A stretch of 20,164 nucleotides of DNA from an uncultured Gammaproteobacteria bacterium (GTDB taxonomy: Bacteria > Patescibacteriota > Patescibacteriia > UBA2591 > UBA6264), in contig CAZDOL010000005.1 of assembly GCA_964507075.1 (NCBI GenBank), positions 23,437 through 43,600 of the forward strand, given 5' to 3'. Below the pieces are notes generated by a model. That model did not search any database. It saw only the letters and a list, made by a program, of their open reading frames with translations, and had not been told where the DNA came from. Positions 7,315-15,462 of this stretch are shown here, in pieces; position 1 is the stretch's first letter, and the number at the start of each line of letters is the position of its first letter. Both the position numbers and the translations under genes were made by a program.

Positions 7315-10300
7315 TTATAAAGGAGTTACTTGAATATTGTCCCAGTAGACAACAGCATTCCCGTAATCACCCGTCCAAACGCCCAAACCAATATTGCCTC
7401 TTGTTAATCTTGTCCCTAAATCAGTAATCTCTATTGTTGAATCTTCCAAGTCATCAATGTAAATTTTAATATTCTCTCCTTGAATTATGATTTTCACATG
7501 ATGACTTTCTCCGTCATTAAAAATGTTAGGAAATACTTGAACTTCTTCTAAAATTTCATTCCCACTTTGAGTAGAAATTCTGTATAAACGTAATTTAGGC
7601 ATCCAGGACCATTGACCCATGAAATTAAGTTGATAAAAATTCTCATTATCAGCTCTACGAAACATAACATAACGATCAACTCCATCTATTAAATTAATAT
7701 CAAATTCCATTTGATAATCTTGCCAAGAATAATCACCAATAAAAGTTTCGGAATTAACAGCTTGTTGGCCTACAACAGAAACTCCATATTGTTCATTAAC
7801 TACATTCCAATAATCCTCTTCATTCCATCCATTAGAATTTCCATCATCAAAGTTCTCTGATAATTGTGGTTGTGAAACTGACGGCAAATCTAATGGATCA
7901 GATATTTCTCGCACTTGTAAATTATCAATGGCCATATCCCCTTCTTCACTGTCGCCACTTGAAACAGTAAAACCAATTTTACCGTAAGTAATAGGCAAAG
8001 TATCATCTATATAATCAACTATTTTTTCGCCATCTATATAAACCCTAATATTATTTGATTCCACAACAGCCGTCAAATGATATTCCTGCTCTTGATTAAA
8101 GTAGATTTTGCCGGGGAAAAGGTATTGCGCTAAATTAGTTCCTTGACTTGAAATTATTTTGTCTAAATAAATTCCTGGCGTTGCAGAATCAAATCCCCAA
8201 TAACCGCGCAAATTGATCAAATAATAATTTTCCTGCGATTGATAACGTAAAATCACATAACGGTCAATTCCATCATTAAGGGTTATGTCAACGTCCAATT
8301 GATAATCCTCCCAATCAGGACTCCCAGTGATAGCCCTTGCGTGTAAACTGGTGCCAATCAAATCAACTTGATATTTATTATCAACAATCTGCCATGCATT
8401 TTCGGGACAAGTTCCTGTCGGACAATTATTTGGGCCTGCTATTTTCCAATAATCAGGCAAAGCACCATCAAAATTTTCTTCATAAGGTAATGTAATGAGT
8501 CCTGATAAGGATATTCCTTGAAAAAGTGTTTTAATTTTTATATTATCAATACTCATTTTCCCAGAACCAGCATCTCCCGAATGAGCACTAAAACCAATTT
8601 TGCCTTGGGGAATACGAGCATCCTCAGTTAAATCATATTCCATCATTTTCTCGTTATCTAAATAAATTTGGATGATGTCGTCATTAACTCCAATTGTAAA
8701 TTGATATTCTTGTCCGTTATTAAATGTCGATAACAAAGGATAGGACAAGGACGACAACAAAGTGGACTGACCTTGCTGAATTTCCTCTAAACGTATTTCT
8801 GGATTAGCGCTTTGCCATGTACCTTTTAAAATTAATTGATAATAATTTTCAGCATCTTGATAACCAAATAAAACAGAACGGTCAACGCCATTATCAAAAA
8901 TAATGTCAACATCAATTTGATAATTACGCCAGTTATCCTCGCCTGTCAAAATTTTGGCTGTAAGGTCGGTACCATTTAAATCTACTTGACATTTTTGATC
9001 AACAACCTGCCACGCTAATATTTCTCCTGATTGCGTCCAATTATCATCATTGCCATCACTAAAATCATCTTCAAAAAGCGTTAAATTATTGACTAAACCA
9101 TAAGATGATTGCGGGTTTGGGTTTATTTGCGAGAAAAAATCTTGCAAATTGTTATCTGTATCTTCGCCATTACCATTCGGCCAACCCTGTTTTCTTTCAA
9201 AAGAATAATTTTGCCCTGGAATGGGAGAAAATGATGTTCCTTCTTTAACATATTGCGGATTGCCCCAAGCAAAAACATCAGTATAATTTTGTTGTAAATA
9301 TTCACTTGTCTTTTCGCTCGGATTATATGAATAAAGAACTATTGAACCATTCTCGTTGCTTAAATTAAATTGACATTCATCATAAAGCAACCAATCAATT
9401 ACTGAGCCCAGATAGCCATTTAAACCGATAAGATAATAATCCTTTGAATTAATAGTTGCTTGTTCTGGGAATTTATTTACATAAAGTGGCTCATTCCAAT
9501 CGCTCGCCTTCGTATAATACGCAAAATACCAATTTTCCAAAGAAATATCATCATCTGTTGGATTATATAATTCCACGAACTCATTATCGGCTATTTGTAT
9601 TTCACTCAATAAAACAGTTGGCAAATCAATAGAATATTCAACAGAATCCGACCACTGGCCCTGATTGCCTGCTTTATCTATAGCGCGCGTTTTAAAAGAA
9701 TAAGTTTGCCCATCTTCGCCAGTTAAATTAAAAAATATGTCTGTAGTTGAGGTTGTATTGCCAGACCAACTAATTTCATAATGATCCAACCCTGACAAAT
9801 TATCTTCTACTGCGTCCCATGAAACCCTTAAATCTAATGCTGTGTCACCTTCTTCTATTTGTGGATTTACAACCTGTTCTGGTGCGGTATTATCAAAAAT
9901 AAAATCAGCCGTTGAGGTGCTATTTTGAGCATTTCCAAAAGTGTCAAATGCTTGAGAATAGATAGAATAATAATCGTCAGTCAACAATGAATCACTTAAA
10001 TCAAAATTCCAAGTAGGTGTTGTGCTGGTAGTATTCCCTAATATTGTGCCTAACCAAAGCGAAGAATCACGCCATATTAAATCAGAAGTTGAAGTTGTGT
10101 GCCCTAAATATTGCTGGTTTGAAATTTTTTGAACTTGAATCTTTACCTCTAAAATATCGCTTGTTGTGGTAGCGTTTGAGGATGCGGTTCCTTCAATTCT
10201 ATCTGGCCAAGAAACAGAATTAAAAATATTATTAGCAAGATTAATGTTTGAAATTGGAGCCGTTAAGTCAATGGTCCATTCATAATTTTTCGTCGCTATA

Positions 10301-13300
10301 TTGCCTGCTTGGTCTATCGCCTCTAAATAAAAAATATGACCTCCTTCAGAGAGGTCATTATAGTTTTGCGGAGAAACACAATCTTGTCGCATTTCTTCGT
10401 CTATCCAACAAGAAAAAACAACTATCTCATTTGCCGAAAACTCAAATTGTGCTGATGTTTGATTGGTTAATGAATCAGGAAAAGAATCTAAAGATATTTC
10501 TGGAACGGTTGTATCAATTTCGGGCGCGGTAATAATATTACTCACCCCTTTTGTTAATGTCGTTGTTATTGAAAAATCATTTTTGTCATTGTTGGTATCT
10601 TGTCCATCAATATTGCGAGCACTAGATTGTCCTTTGCTTGGTTCGGGAGCATTGTCGCTTGCGTCTCCATCATCAAAATCTCCATAACTAATTTGATCAA
10701 TAATTGTATCATTGTATTTTAGTTTAATAATATCGCCAGTATTATTTAAGAAAAAGCTGAAATCTTGTCTTTGATTTAAAACTAACCAACTATACGACTC
10801 TAAGGTCAGACCTTCAAGTGATTTTAAAGATTCAGTATTGTCTTCAATCGTCCAATTAGTTAAATCAATTGAATCGCCAGTGTTATTAAAAAGCTCAATC
10901 CATTCTGTCTCTCCTGTTGCAGGGTCTGATACAAATTCATTAATTACTATGTCACTGAGAGAATATTGTGGGAGTTGAGTGTCCCCGCTTTCATCATCAT
11001 CTCCTGCCTCGTCATCTCCCGAACCATTACTAGATTCGTCGTCATCACCTTCCTCTTCTCCATCATTATTTTGTCCCCCTTGTTCGTTGCCACTATCGCT
11101 TACATATATACTATTTGCTTCGCCTGGAGTGCCACCATCAGACAAACTTCCGGTCCATGTCCCGTCAGATTGCTTCTCTATTGTTCTGTTATTATCATTT
11201 CCTCCCCATTCACTTAAATAAGTCAACTCGTCTATTAGATTCCCTATTCCGTCTTTTATGGCAATTGTCTCTGAAGTGTTTTTTAAAGAAAAAGAACTAT
11301 CAAAAAGAGTTCCTGAAAAATTTGTATAATCTACAACAAACGAATTCGCATTGTCAGCAATAATCGCGTAATCGCCAGAAGATAATACTAAATCCCCTTG
11401 TTGTAAATTCAAAGAATGATTCGTTTCCTCTTCATGAAATTTCCAATTAGTCAAATCAACATTTCCATCAGTTGTGTTATATATTTCTATCCACTCATGC
11501 CCAGTATCAACCCCTGACGGATTATACATTATTTCGTTAATTATAACATCTGATAATTGATGCGCTTGATATTGGACACTGGATGATCCGCCCCCTCCTC
11601 CGCCAGAAGAGCCTCCACTGGAGCCACCAGAAATCACAGCCGTAATGACATTGGCCACACCTTTGGTTAAAGTTGTTGTTATTGAAAAATCATTTTTGTC
11701 ATTGTTGGTATCTTGTCCATCAATATTGCGAGCACTAGATTGTCCTTTGCTTGGTTCGGGAGCATTGTCGCTTGCGTCTCCATCATCAAAATCTCCATAA
11801 CTAATTTGATCAATAATTGTATCATTGTATTTTAGTTTAATAATATCGCCAGTATTATTTAAGAAAAAGCTGAAATCTTGTCTTTGATTTAAAACTAACC
11901 AACTATACGACTCTAAGGTCAGACCTTCAAGTGATTTTAAAGATTCAGTATTGTCTTCAATCGTCCAATTAGTTAAATCAATTGAATCGCCAGTGTTATT
12001 AAAAAGCTCAATCCATTCTGTCTCTCCCGTTGATGGATCTGACACGAATTCATTGATTACAATATCACTGACAAGATATTGATGAGGTGAAACCTCATCA
12101 TCGTCTTTTTCGTCCTCAACTTCTTCTAATTCTTCTGGAACAGTATCTTCTTCTAACTCTTCCTCTGGCTCTGTATCCAAAACAAATTCTTCATATTTTT
12201 CTTTTATTTCATCTGTGTCTGAAAAATCCTCACCTCCCACAAAATCTATTAAAAATGGATCCTCTTCTTCATCTGTATATTGAATAAAATCACCTTCTAA
12301 AACAGGAGTGTCGCTGATGTCTGTGTCTGATAATAATTCTTCTATTTTTGCGTCTGCCTTGGGCCCACTTAACAAGCCTTTATTGACCAAATCAGCAATT
12401 TCGTCTGATTCTTTGGCTCCAAATTCTACAAATTGTTGCGTTTTCCGCCAAAAACCTAAGGCAGCATCAAGGTTATCAACTGGATTATCATTTTTTAAAA
12501 AATCTAAATTAATTTTAATTTGGTCAGCGTCAGATAAATCTGCCAATTCTTTGCCAATCGTTAGCCAAGATTTTATAGAACCAAAAAAATTAGCTATCTT
12601 TGATGGTAAGCCAAATTTTTTAGAGATAAGAGTTTTGGCACACAATTTTCCGGTTTCATCAACTATTCTTTTACTAAAAGCCATGATCAAGTTAATCTGA
12701 CGACGTTGTTCTGAGAGTCCATCAACTAATTGAGATTTACCAATAGAAGCAATCTCAATATCTACAGGAACGTCTTTTAGGCTAGACTGTTTAAATTGCG
12801 TGGCGGGAAAGAAAAAATATCTTTCCCCCTCATAATTATAGCCCAAAATATTTATCGTCAATATCTTGCTGATATCTATTTCTGCCTTCATCATCGCTAT
12901 AATCTCTTTGAATTCTTTAAATGCAAATTTCTCCCAAAAATCACCTTGACCCAATTTATGAATTTTCGAAAATTCTTGAGATAACGAGAAACAATCACCA
13001 GATTCATTAATCTCACTTTGATTATCAAAACCGTCTGGAGTGATATTAATGGCATAATAACTATAATTCATTAGGGGATCTGGATGATAAGTTAAATGCG
13101 GAGCATTAGCGCTTTCGTAAATCTTTTCCACGAAACCAACAGATGTCCATTCCCCGCTTTGGGGACCTTTTTGATCACCATAAGTGTAATCAAAAAGTTC
13201 ATGATCCTGAGCAACAATTTTCCTCATTATCGACTTAGCTATTTTATGATTATATTCAAAATCCTGGGGAATTTTAGCCCCAACAAATTCTTCTCCTTTA

Positions 13301-13593
13301 TCTATGTCAACAAAGTATTTCGCGGGAATAATACGCACCTCACCATAATCCACTTCAACGACTAACGGAACGCCTGTTTTCTGTGCTTTGCCAACATAAA
13401 TGCCAACCGCGCCTGGATAAACTTGACCAGAAATAAACGAGCTTTCAAAATTATTGTAGCCATACATTTTGCCATCTTCGGAAGTGTGATAAATAACTGA
13501 ACCCCATGGCAAAGCAAAAGCATTGGTAGTAATGCCAATGCCAAGAAAAAATATTAAACCAAAAAGAATACTTTTTTTGTGAACAATATTCAT
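7315..13593 (-). CDS. Giant secreted multidomain protein: signal peptide, N-terminal globular domain, 4 lamin-tail (LTD) domains, Ig/FN3-like modules, 3 C-terminal ConA-like (DUF1080/LamG-like) modules
   Basis: 2092 aa. The signal peptide is MNIVHKKSILFGLIFFLGIGITTNAFA. LTD signatures are VINEFVSDPxTGETEWIELFNNTGDSIDLTNW (twice), IINEIMYNPSGVDTGHEWIEIYNTT and LLSEIQIADNEFVELYNPT. An FN3-like segment reads LRVSWDAVEDNLSGLDHYEISW...YSFKTRAIDKAGN. Three roughly 190-aa repeats each end in GKIGF..H/S.GD....IDNI/LxV. Acidic and Gly/Ser linkers separate the domains. Confidence 0.85.
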   Translation of the reverse strand: MNIVHKKSILFGLIFFLGIGITTNAFALPWGSVIYHTSEDGKMYGYNNFESSFISGQVYPGAVGIYVGKAQKTGVPLVVEVDYGEVRIIPAKYFVDIDKGEEFVGAKIPQDFEYNHKIAKSIMRKIVAQDHELFDYTYGDQKGPQSGEWTSVGFVEKIYESANAPHLTYHPDPLMNYSYYAINITPDGFDNQSEINESGDCFSLSQEFSKIHKLGQGDFWEKFAFKEFKEIIAMMKAEIDISKILTINILGYNYEGERYFFFPATQFKQSSLKDVPVDIEIASIGKSQLVDGLSEQRRQINLIMAFSKRIVDETGKLCAKTLISKKFGLPSKIANFFGSIKSWLTIGKELADLSDADQIKINLDFLKNDNPVDNLDAALGFWRKTQQFVEFGAKESDEIADLVNKGLLSGPKADAKIEELLSDTDISDTPVLEGDFIQYTDEEEDPFLIDFVGGEDFSDTDEIKEKYEEFVLDTEPEEELEEDTVPEELEEVEDEKDDDEVSPHQYLVSDIVINEFVSDPSTGETEWIELFNNTGDSIDLTNWTIEDNTESLKSLEGLTLESYSWLVLNQRQDFSFFLNNTGDIIKLKYNDTIIDQISYGDFDDGDASDNAPEPSKGQSSARNIDGQDTNNDKNDFSITTTLTKGVANVITAVISGGSSGGSSGGGGGGSSSVQYQAHQLSDVIINEIMYNPSGVDTGHEWIEIYNTTDGNVDLTNWKFHEEETNHSLNLQQGDLVLSSGDYAIIADNANSFVVDYTNFSGTLFDSSFSLKNTSETIAIKDGIGNLIDELTYLSEWGGNDNNRTIEKQSDGTWTGSLSDGGTPGEANSIYVSDSGNEQGGQNNDGEEEGDDDESSNGSGDDEAGDDDESGDTQLPQYSLSDIVINEFVSDPATGETEWIELFNNTGDSIDLTNWTIEDNTESLKSLEGLTLESYSWLVLNQRQDFSFFLNNTGDIIKLKYNDTIIDQISYGDFDDGDASDNAPEPSKGQSSARNIDGQDTNNDKNDFSITTTLTKGVSNIITAPEIDTTVPEISLDSFPDSLTNQTSAQFEFSANEIVVFSCWIDEEMRQDCVSPQNYNDLSEGGHIFYLEAIDQAGNIATKNYEWTIDLTAPISNINLANNIFNSVSWPDRIEGTASSNATTTSDILEVKIQVQKISNQQYLGHTTSTSDLIWRDSSLWLGTILGNTTSTTPTWNFDLSDSLLTDDYYSIYSQAFDTFGNAQNSTSTADFIFDNTAPEQVVNPQIEEGDTALDLRVSWDAVEDNLSGLDHYEISWSGNTTSTTDIFFNLTGEDGQTYSFKTRAIDKAGNQGQWSDSVEYSIDLPTVLLSEIQIADNEFVELYNPTDDDISLENWYFAYYTKASDWNEPLYVNKFPEQATINSKDYYLIGLNGYLGSVIDWLLYDECQFNLSNENGSIVLYSYNPSEKTSEYLQQNYTDVFAWGNPQYVKEGTSFSPIPGQNYSFERKQGWPNGNGEDTDNNLQDFFSQINPNPQSSYGLVNNLTLFEDDFSDGNDDNWTQSGEILAWQVVDQKCQVDLNGTDLTAKILTGEDNWRNYQIDVDIIFDNGVDRSVLFGYQDAENYYQLILKGTWQSANPEIRLEEIQQGQSTLLSSLSYPLLSTFNNGQEYQFTIGVNDDIIQIYLDNEKMMEYDLTEDARIPQGKIGFSAHSGDAGSGKMSIDNIKIKTLFQGISLSGLITLPYEENFDGALPDYWKIAGPNNCPTGTCPENAWQIVDNKYQVDLIGTSLHARAITGSPDWEDYQLDVDITLNDGIDRYVILRYQSQENYYLINLRGYWGFDSATPGIYLDKIISSQGTNLAQYLFPGKIYFNQEQEYHLTAVVESNNIRVYIDGEKIVDYIDDTLPITYGKIGFTVSSGDSEEGDMAIDNLQVREISDPLDLPSVSQPQLSENFDDGNSNGWNEEDYWNVVNEQYGVSVVGQQAVNSETFIGDYSWQDYQMEFDINLIDGVDRYVMFRRADNENFYQLNFMGQWSWMPKLRLYRISTQSGNEILEEVQVFPNIFNDGESHHVKIIIQGENIKIYIDDLEDSTIEITDLGTRLTRGNIGLGVWTGDYGNAVVYWDNIQVTPL
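10541..10975. repeat. Intragenic direct repeat, copy A (encodes LTD 3)
   Basis: 10562..10914 is base-for-base identical to 11675..12027 (353 bp by my manual comparison), an offset of 1113 bp or 371 codons. The flanks are diverged but alignable. Confidence 0.85.
11654..12088. repeat. Intragenic direct repeat, copy B (encodes LTD 1)
   Basis: Partner of 10541..10975. The perfect core is 11675..12027. Confidence 0.85.
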
Positions 13594-13629
13594 ATAAATA
13601 AATTATTATTAATTACTAACAATTAGACA

Positions 13630-14541
13630 TCAATAATCGCCTAAAAATGTATTACTTATATAATCATCTATTTCTTCTTGCGTGGCTTCAATGTCTTGTG
13701 TTTTGCCAGTCAAGGATTCTAATACATCAGCTACTGCCACCCTAATCGTATATTCTTTATGCCCCAATAAAGGTTCTAAACTTATAATTAATTCATCAAG
13801 GTTCTCTGTGGTGTTCTCTCGGGCAATATCTTCAATGGCCAATAAAGCCAAACTGCGACCCGTTAAATCATTTGTCTCGCCTAAAGCAATTTTCACAAGT
13901 TCAGAAATTTGCTTCTGTCCTCCTGCCCTACCCAAAGCATTCGCAACTTCTAACCGAACACTTGAGGCTGGATTGATTAAATTAGTAAACAAGGCCCTTT
14001 CAAGACCTTCTGTATCTATTGTGCTCATGTTCGCCAAAACCTTTCTTTTGAAGTCAGGATGAACATTTGGATCTATAATCATTTGCTCTTGAAGCGCTAT
14101 AATTTTTTCGTCATCTATTTGCGCATCTAATAAATAAGAATAAGCGAGTTGACGAAGGTCAAATGGGTTTTCGTTTTCTGTTGCAATAGAATAATAAAAA
14201 TCAGATTCTTGAATAGTAATTAATTGATTATCTCCTCTGGAAAGGCCAAAAAACATACCTAAAGCAAATATCCTATTTTCCTCTGATTTATTTTTGTCTT
14301 GGATGATTTGTATTAATTCAATTTTTTGAGTGCCAATAACATCATTTAATCTATCGGCTATCTCTAACTCGCAATCTTCGCCACCCCTCGTTTGACACTT
14401 TCTGTATATAGATTCAAGCGTTGTTAATTTGTCTTCTGCCGACAATCCATGCCACGCTAAACGAGTGAGATACAAATAAATACTAATTATTGCAATAATT
14501 GATAAAATAATTACCAAAAAAAATTTAATTGATTTTTTCAT
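13630..14541 (-). CDS. Membrane-anchored hypothetical protein with HEAT/PBS-lyase-like repeats
   Basis: 303 aa with an N-terminal TM segment (FFLVIILSIIAIISIYLYL). The C-terminal half has HEAT-like units (SSVRLEVANALGRAGG; EYTIRVAVADVLESL). It ends 36 nt before the giant gene, so it is probably co-transcribed. Confidence 0.7.
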   Translation of the reverse strand: MKKSIKFFLVIILSIIAIISIYLYLTRLAWHGLSAEDKLTTLESIYRKCQTRGGEDCELEIADRLNDVIGTQKIELIQIIQDKNKSEENRIFALGMFFGLSRGDNQLITIQESDFYYSIATENENPFDLRQLAYSYLLDAQIDDEKIIALQEQMIIDPNVHPDFKRKVLANMSTIDTEGLERALFTNLINPASSVRLEVANALGRAGGQKQISELVKIALGETNDLTGRSLALLAIEDIARENTTENLDELIISLEPLLGHKEYTIRVAVADVLESLTGKTQDIEATQEEIDDYISNTFLGDY

Positions 14542-14555
14542 AGATATGATTGTTA

Positions 14556-14579
14556 TTTTTTTAAAACAAAAAAATACTA

Positions 14580-14595
<16 letters not shown>
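14556..14595 (-). terminator. Terminator/attenuator hairpin between the leader ORF and the HEAT-repeat gene
   Basis: On the minus strand: AAATACTACT-TTTT-AGTAGTATTT (10-bp perfect stem, 14595-14572) followed by TTTTGTTTTAAAAAAA. The TAG stop of the leader ORF (14582-14580) lies at the boundary between the loop and the 3' arm. Confidence 0.55.
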
Positions 14596-14780
<185 letters not shown>

Positions 14781-14800
14781 AAAATTTGTTTACTCCTTTA

Positions 14801-14829
14801 AATATAGTACAACACAAAAAAGAGGTCAA
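14801..14829 (-). promoter_or_regulatory. Promoter of the leader / HEAT-repeat / giant-protein transcription unit
   Basis: On the minus strand: TTGACC (14829-14824), a 17-nt spacer, then TATATT (14806-14801). It lies immediately downstream of the ybaB terminator. Confidence 0.55.
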
Positions 14830-14834
14830 GGATA

Positions 14835-14863
14835 AAACACAAAAAACCAACCCGTCGGGTTGG
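14835..14863 (-). terminator. Intrinsic terminator of ybaB
   Basis: On the minus strand: CCAACCC-gac-GGGTTGG followed by TTTTTTGTGTTTT. Confidence 0.7.
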
Positions 14864-14894
14864 TTATGAAATTTTACCTTTTCTGTTTAAAAAA

Positions 14895-15140
14895 TTAGAA
14901 GCCTGCTTTAAGGTGAGACATCTGAGAAGCTAAATTGAATTGCATTTTACGTATAGCCTGATTAAAACATTTCTTAATAGAATCTTCTTGTTCCTTTATC
15001 TCTAAATCTGGATTAAGAGTAATTCTTAAAATTTCCATTTTACCGTTAATTACTATCTCTACTCCATTCACTTCTTCCTGCACCTCTTCTTTTGTTAAAA
15101 TGCTTTGCATTTGTTTTAATTGTTTTAACTTATCAAACAT
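14895..15140 (-). CDS. ybaB: YbaB/EbfC-family nucleoid-associated protein (short form)
   Basis: 81 aa. The N-terminus MFDKLKQLKQMQ..., then the EVNGVEIVINGKMEILRITLNPDL core and the C-terminal helix, match my recollection of the YbaB/EbfC (DUF149) pattern. Confidence 0.7.
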   Translation of the reverse strand: MFDKLKQLKQMQSILTKEEVQEEVNGVEIVINGKMEILRITLNPDLEIKEQEDSIKKCFNQAIRKMQFNLASQMSHLKAGF

Positions 15141-15160
15141 AAATTTAAATTATGGATTAA

Positions 15161-15245
15161 AAATAAAAAATGGTGCTCATTTGGCATCTAAAGGGCGAAC
15201 CCTTTGTCAGCTACAAGAACCGAAGTTCTAAAACAAGCACCACTA
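15161..15245 (-). ncRNA. Candidate structured small RNA, unit 1 (three-way junction, two UUCG tetraloops, terminator-like closing helix plus U-tract)
   Basis: Minus-strand RNA: UGGUGCUUGUUU-U-AGAAC(UUCG)GUUCU-UGUAGCUGAC-AAAGGG(UUCG)CCCUUU-AGAUGCC-AAAUGAGCACCA-UUUUUUAUUUUU. The 12-bp P1 has two G.U pairs that would be C.A mismatches on the plus strand. Four compensatory pair changes occur against unit 2 (18711-18794). Confidence 0.6.
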
Positions 15246-15247
15246 AT

Positions 15248-15292
15248 AGAATAACAGAAACGATTTTTTTAGCAATACCTATCTGTGGATAA
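15248..15292 (-). promoter_or_regulatory. Promoter of sRNA unit 1 with an upstream DnaA-box consensus
   Basis: On the minus strand: TTATCCACA (15292-15284), 8 nt, TTGCTA (15275-15270), 16 nt, TATTCT (15253-15248), then 5 nt to the P1 helix. The same layout occurs in units 2 and 3 while the spacer sequences differ. Confidence 0.55.
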
Positions 15293-15301
15293 CTAAAACA
15301 A

Positions 15302-15461
15302 TAAAAAAATGGTGTTAGATTAGAATCTAGTAAAACTTTCAATTAATAAATTAAATAACCGAAATTAAATAATCCAATAAAATTAAGCAAAACTTTCAAC
15401 TAATAAATTAAATAACCGAAGTTAAATAACTTTGAGAAATAAATCCCACTAACACCATTAA
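15302..15461 (-). ncRNA. Candidate structured small RNA, unit 3 (expanded variant with AU-rich interior)
   Basis: Closing helix ATGGTGTTAG (15309-15318) pairs with CTAACACCAT (15449-15458), followed on the minus strand by UUUUUUUAU. The interior carries two tandem ~57-nt modules, each with a (U/C)UUCGG element. Confidence 0.45.
15332..15447. repeat. Tandem direct repeat (2 x ~57 bp) inside unit 3
   Basis: aaaactttcaaTtaataaattaaataaccgaaAttaaataa (15332-) aligns with aaaactttcaaCtaataaattaaataaccgaaGttaaataa (15389-). This is 41 nt with 2 differences, after which the tails diverge. Confidence 0.8.
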
Positions 15462-15462
15462 T

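Noticed and set aside
10248-13365. Plus-strand ORFs of 62-130 aa (10248-10532, 10463-10687, 10966-11363, 12087-12700, 12796-12984, 13096-13365), plus the nested minus-strand ORFs 9123-9305 and 13362-13544.
   Set aside because: All lie inside the 2092-aa gene, antisense or out of frame. They have low-complexity or Ser/Leu/Phe-rich shadow composition and no start-site signals.
15171-15242. Hammerhead ribozyme, suggested by a three-way junction and CUGACGA in unit 2, which matches the CUGANGA core.
   Set aside because: Unit 1 has CUGACAA, which loses G8. The GA of that string is inside hairpin B, where covariation supports pairing. The GAAA strand is absent, since the junction reads AGAUGC. I also saw no match to the SRP/4.5S domain IV consensus.
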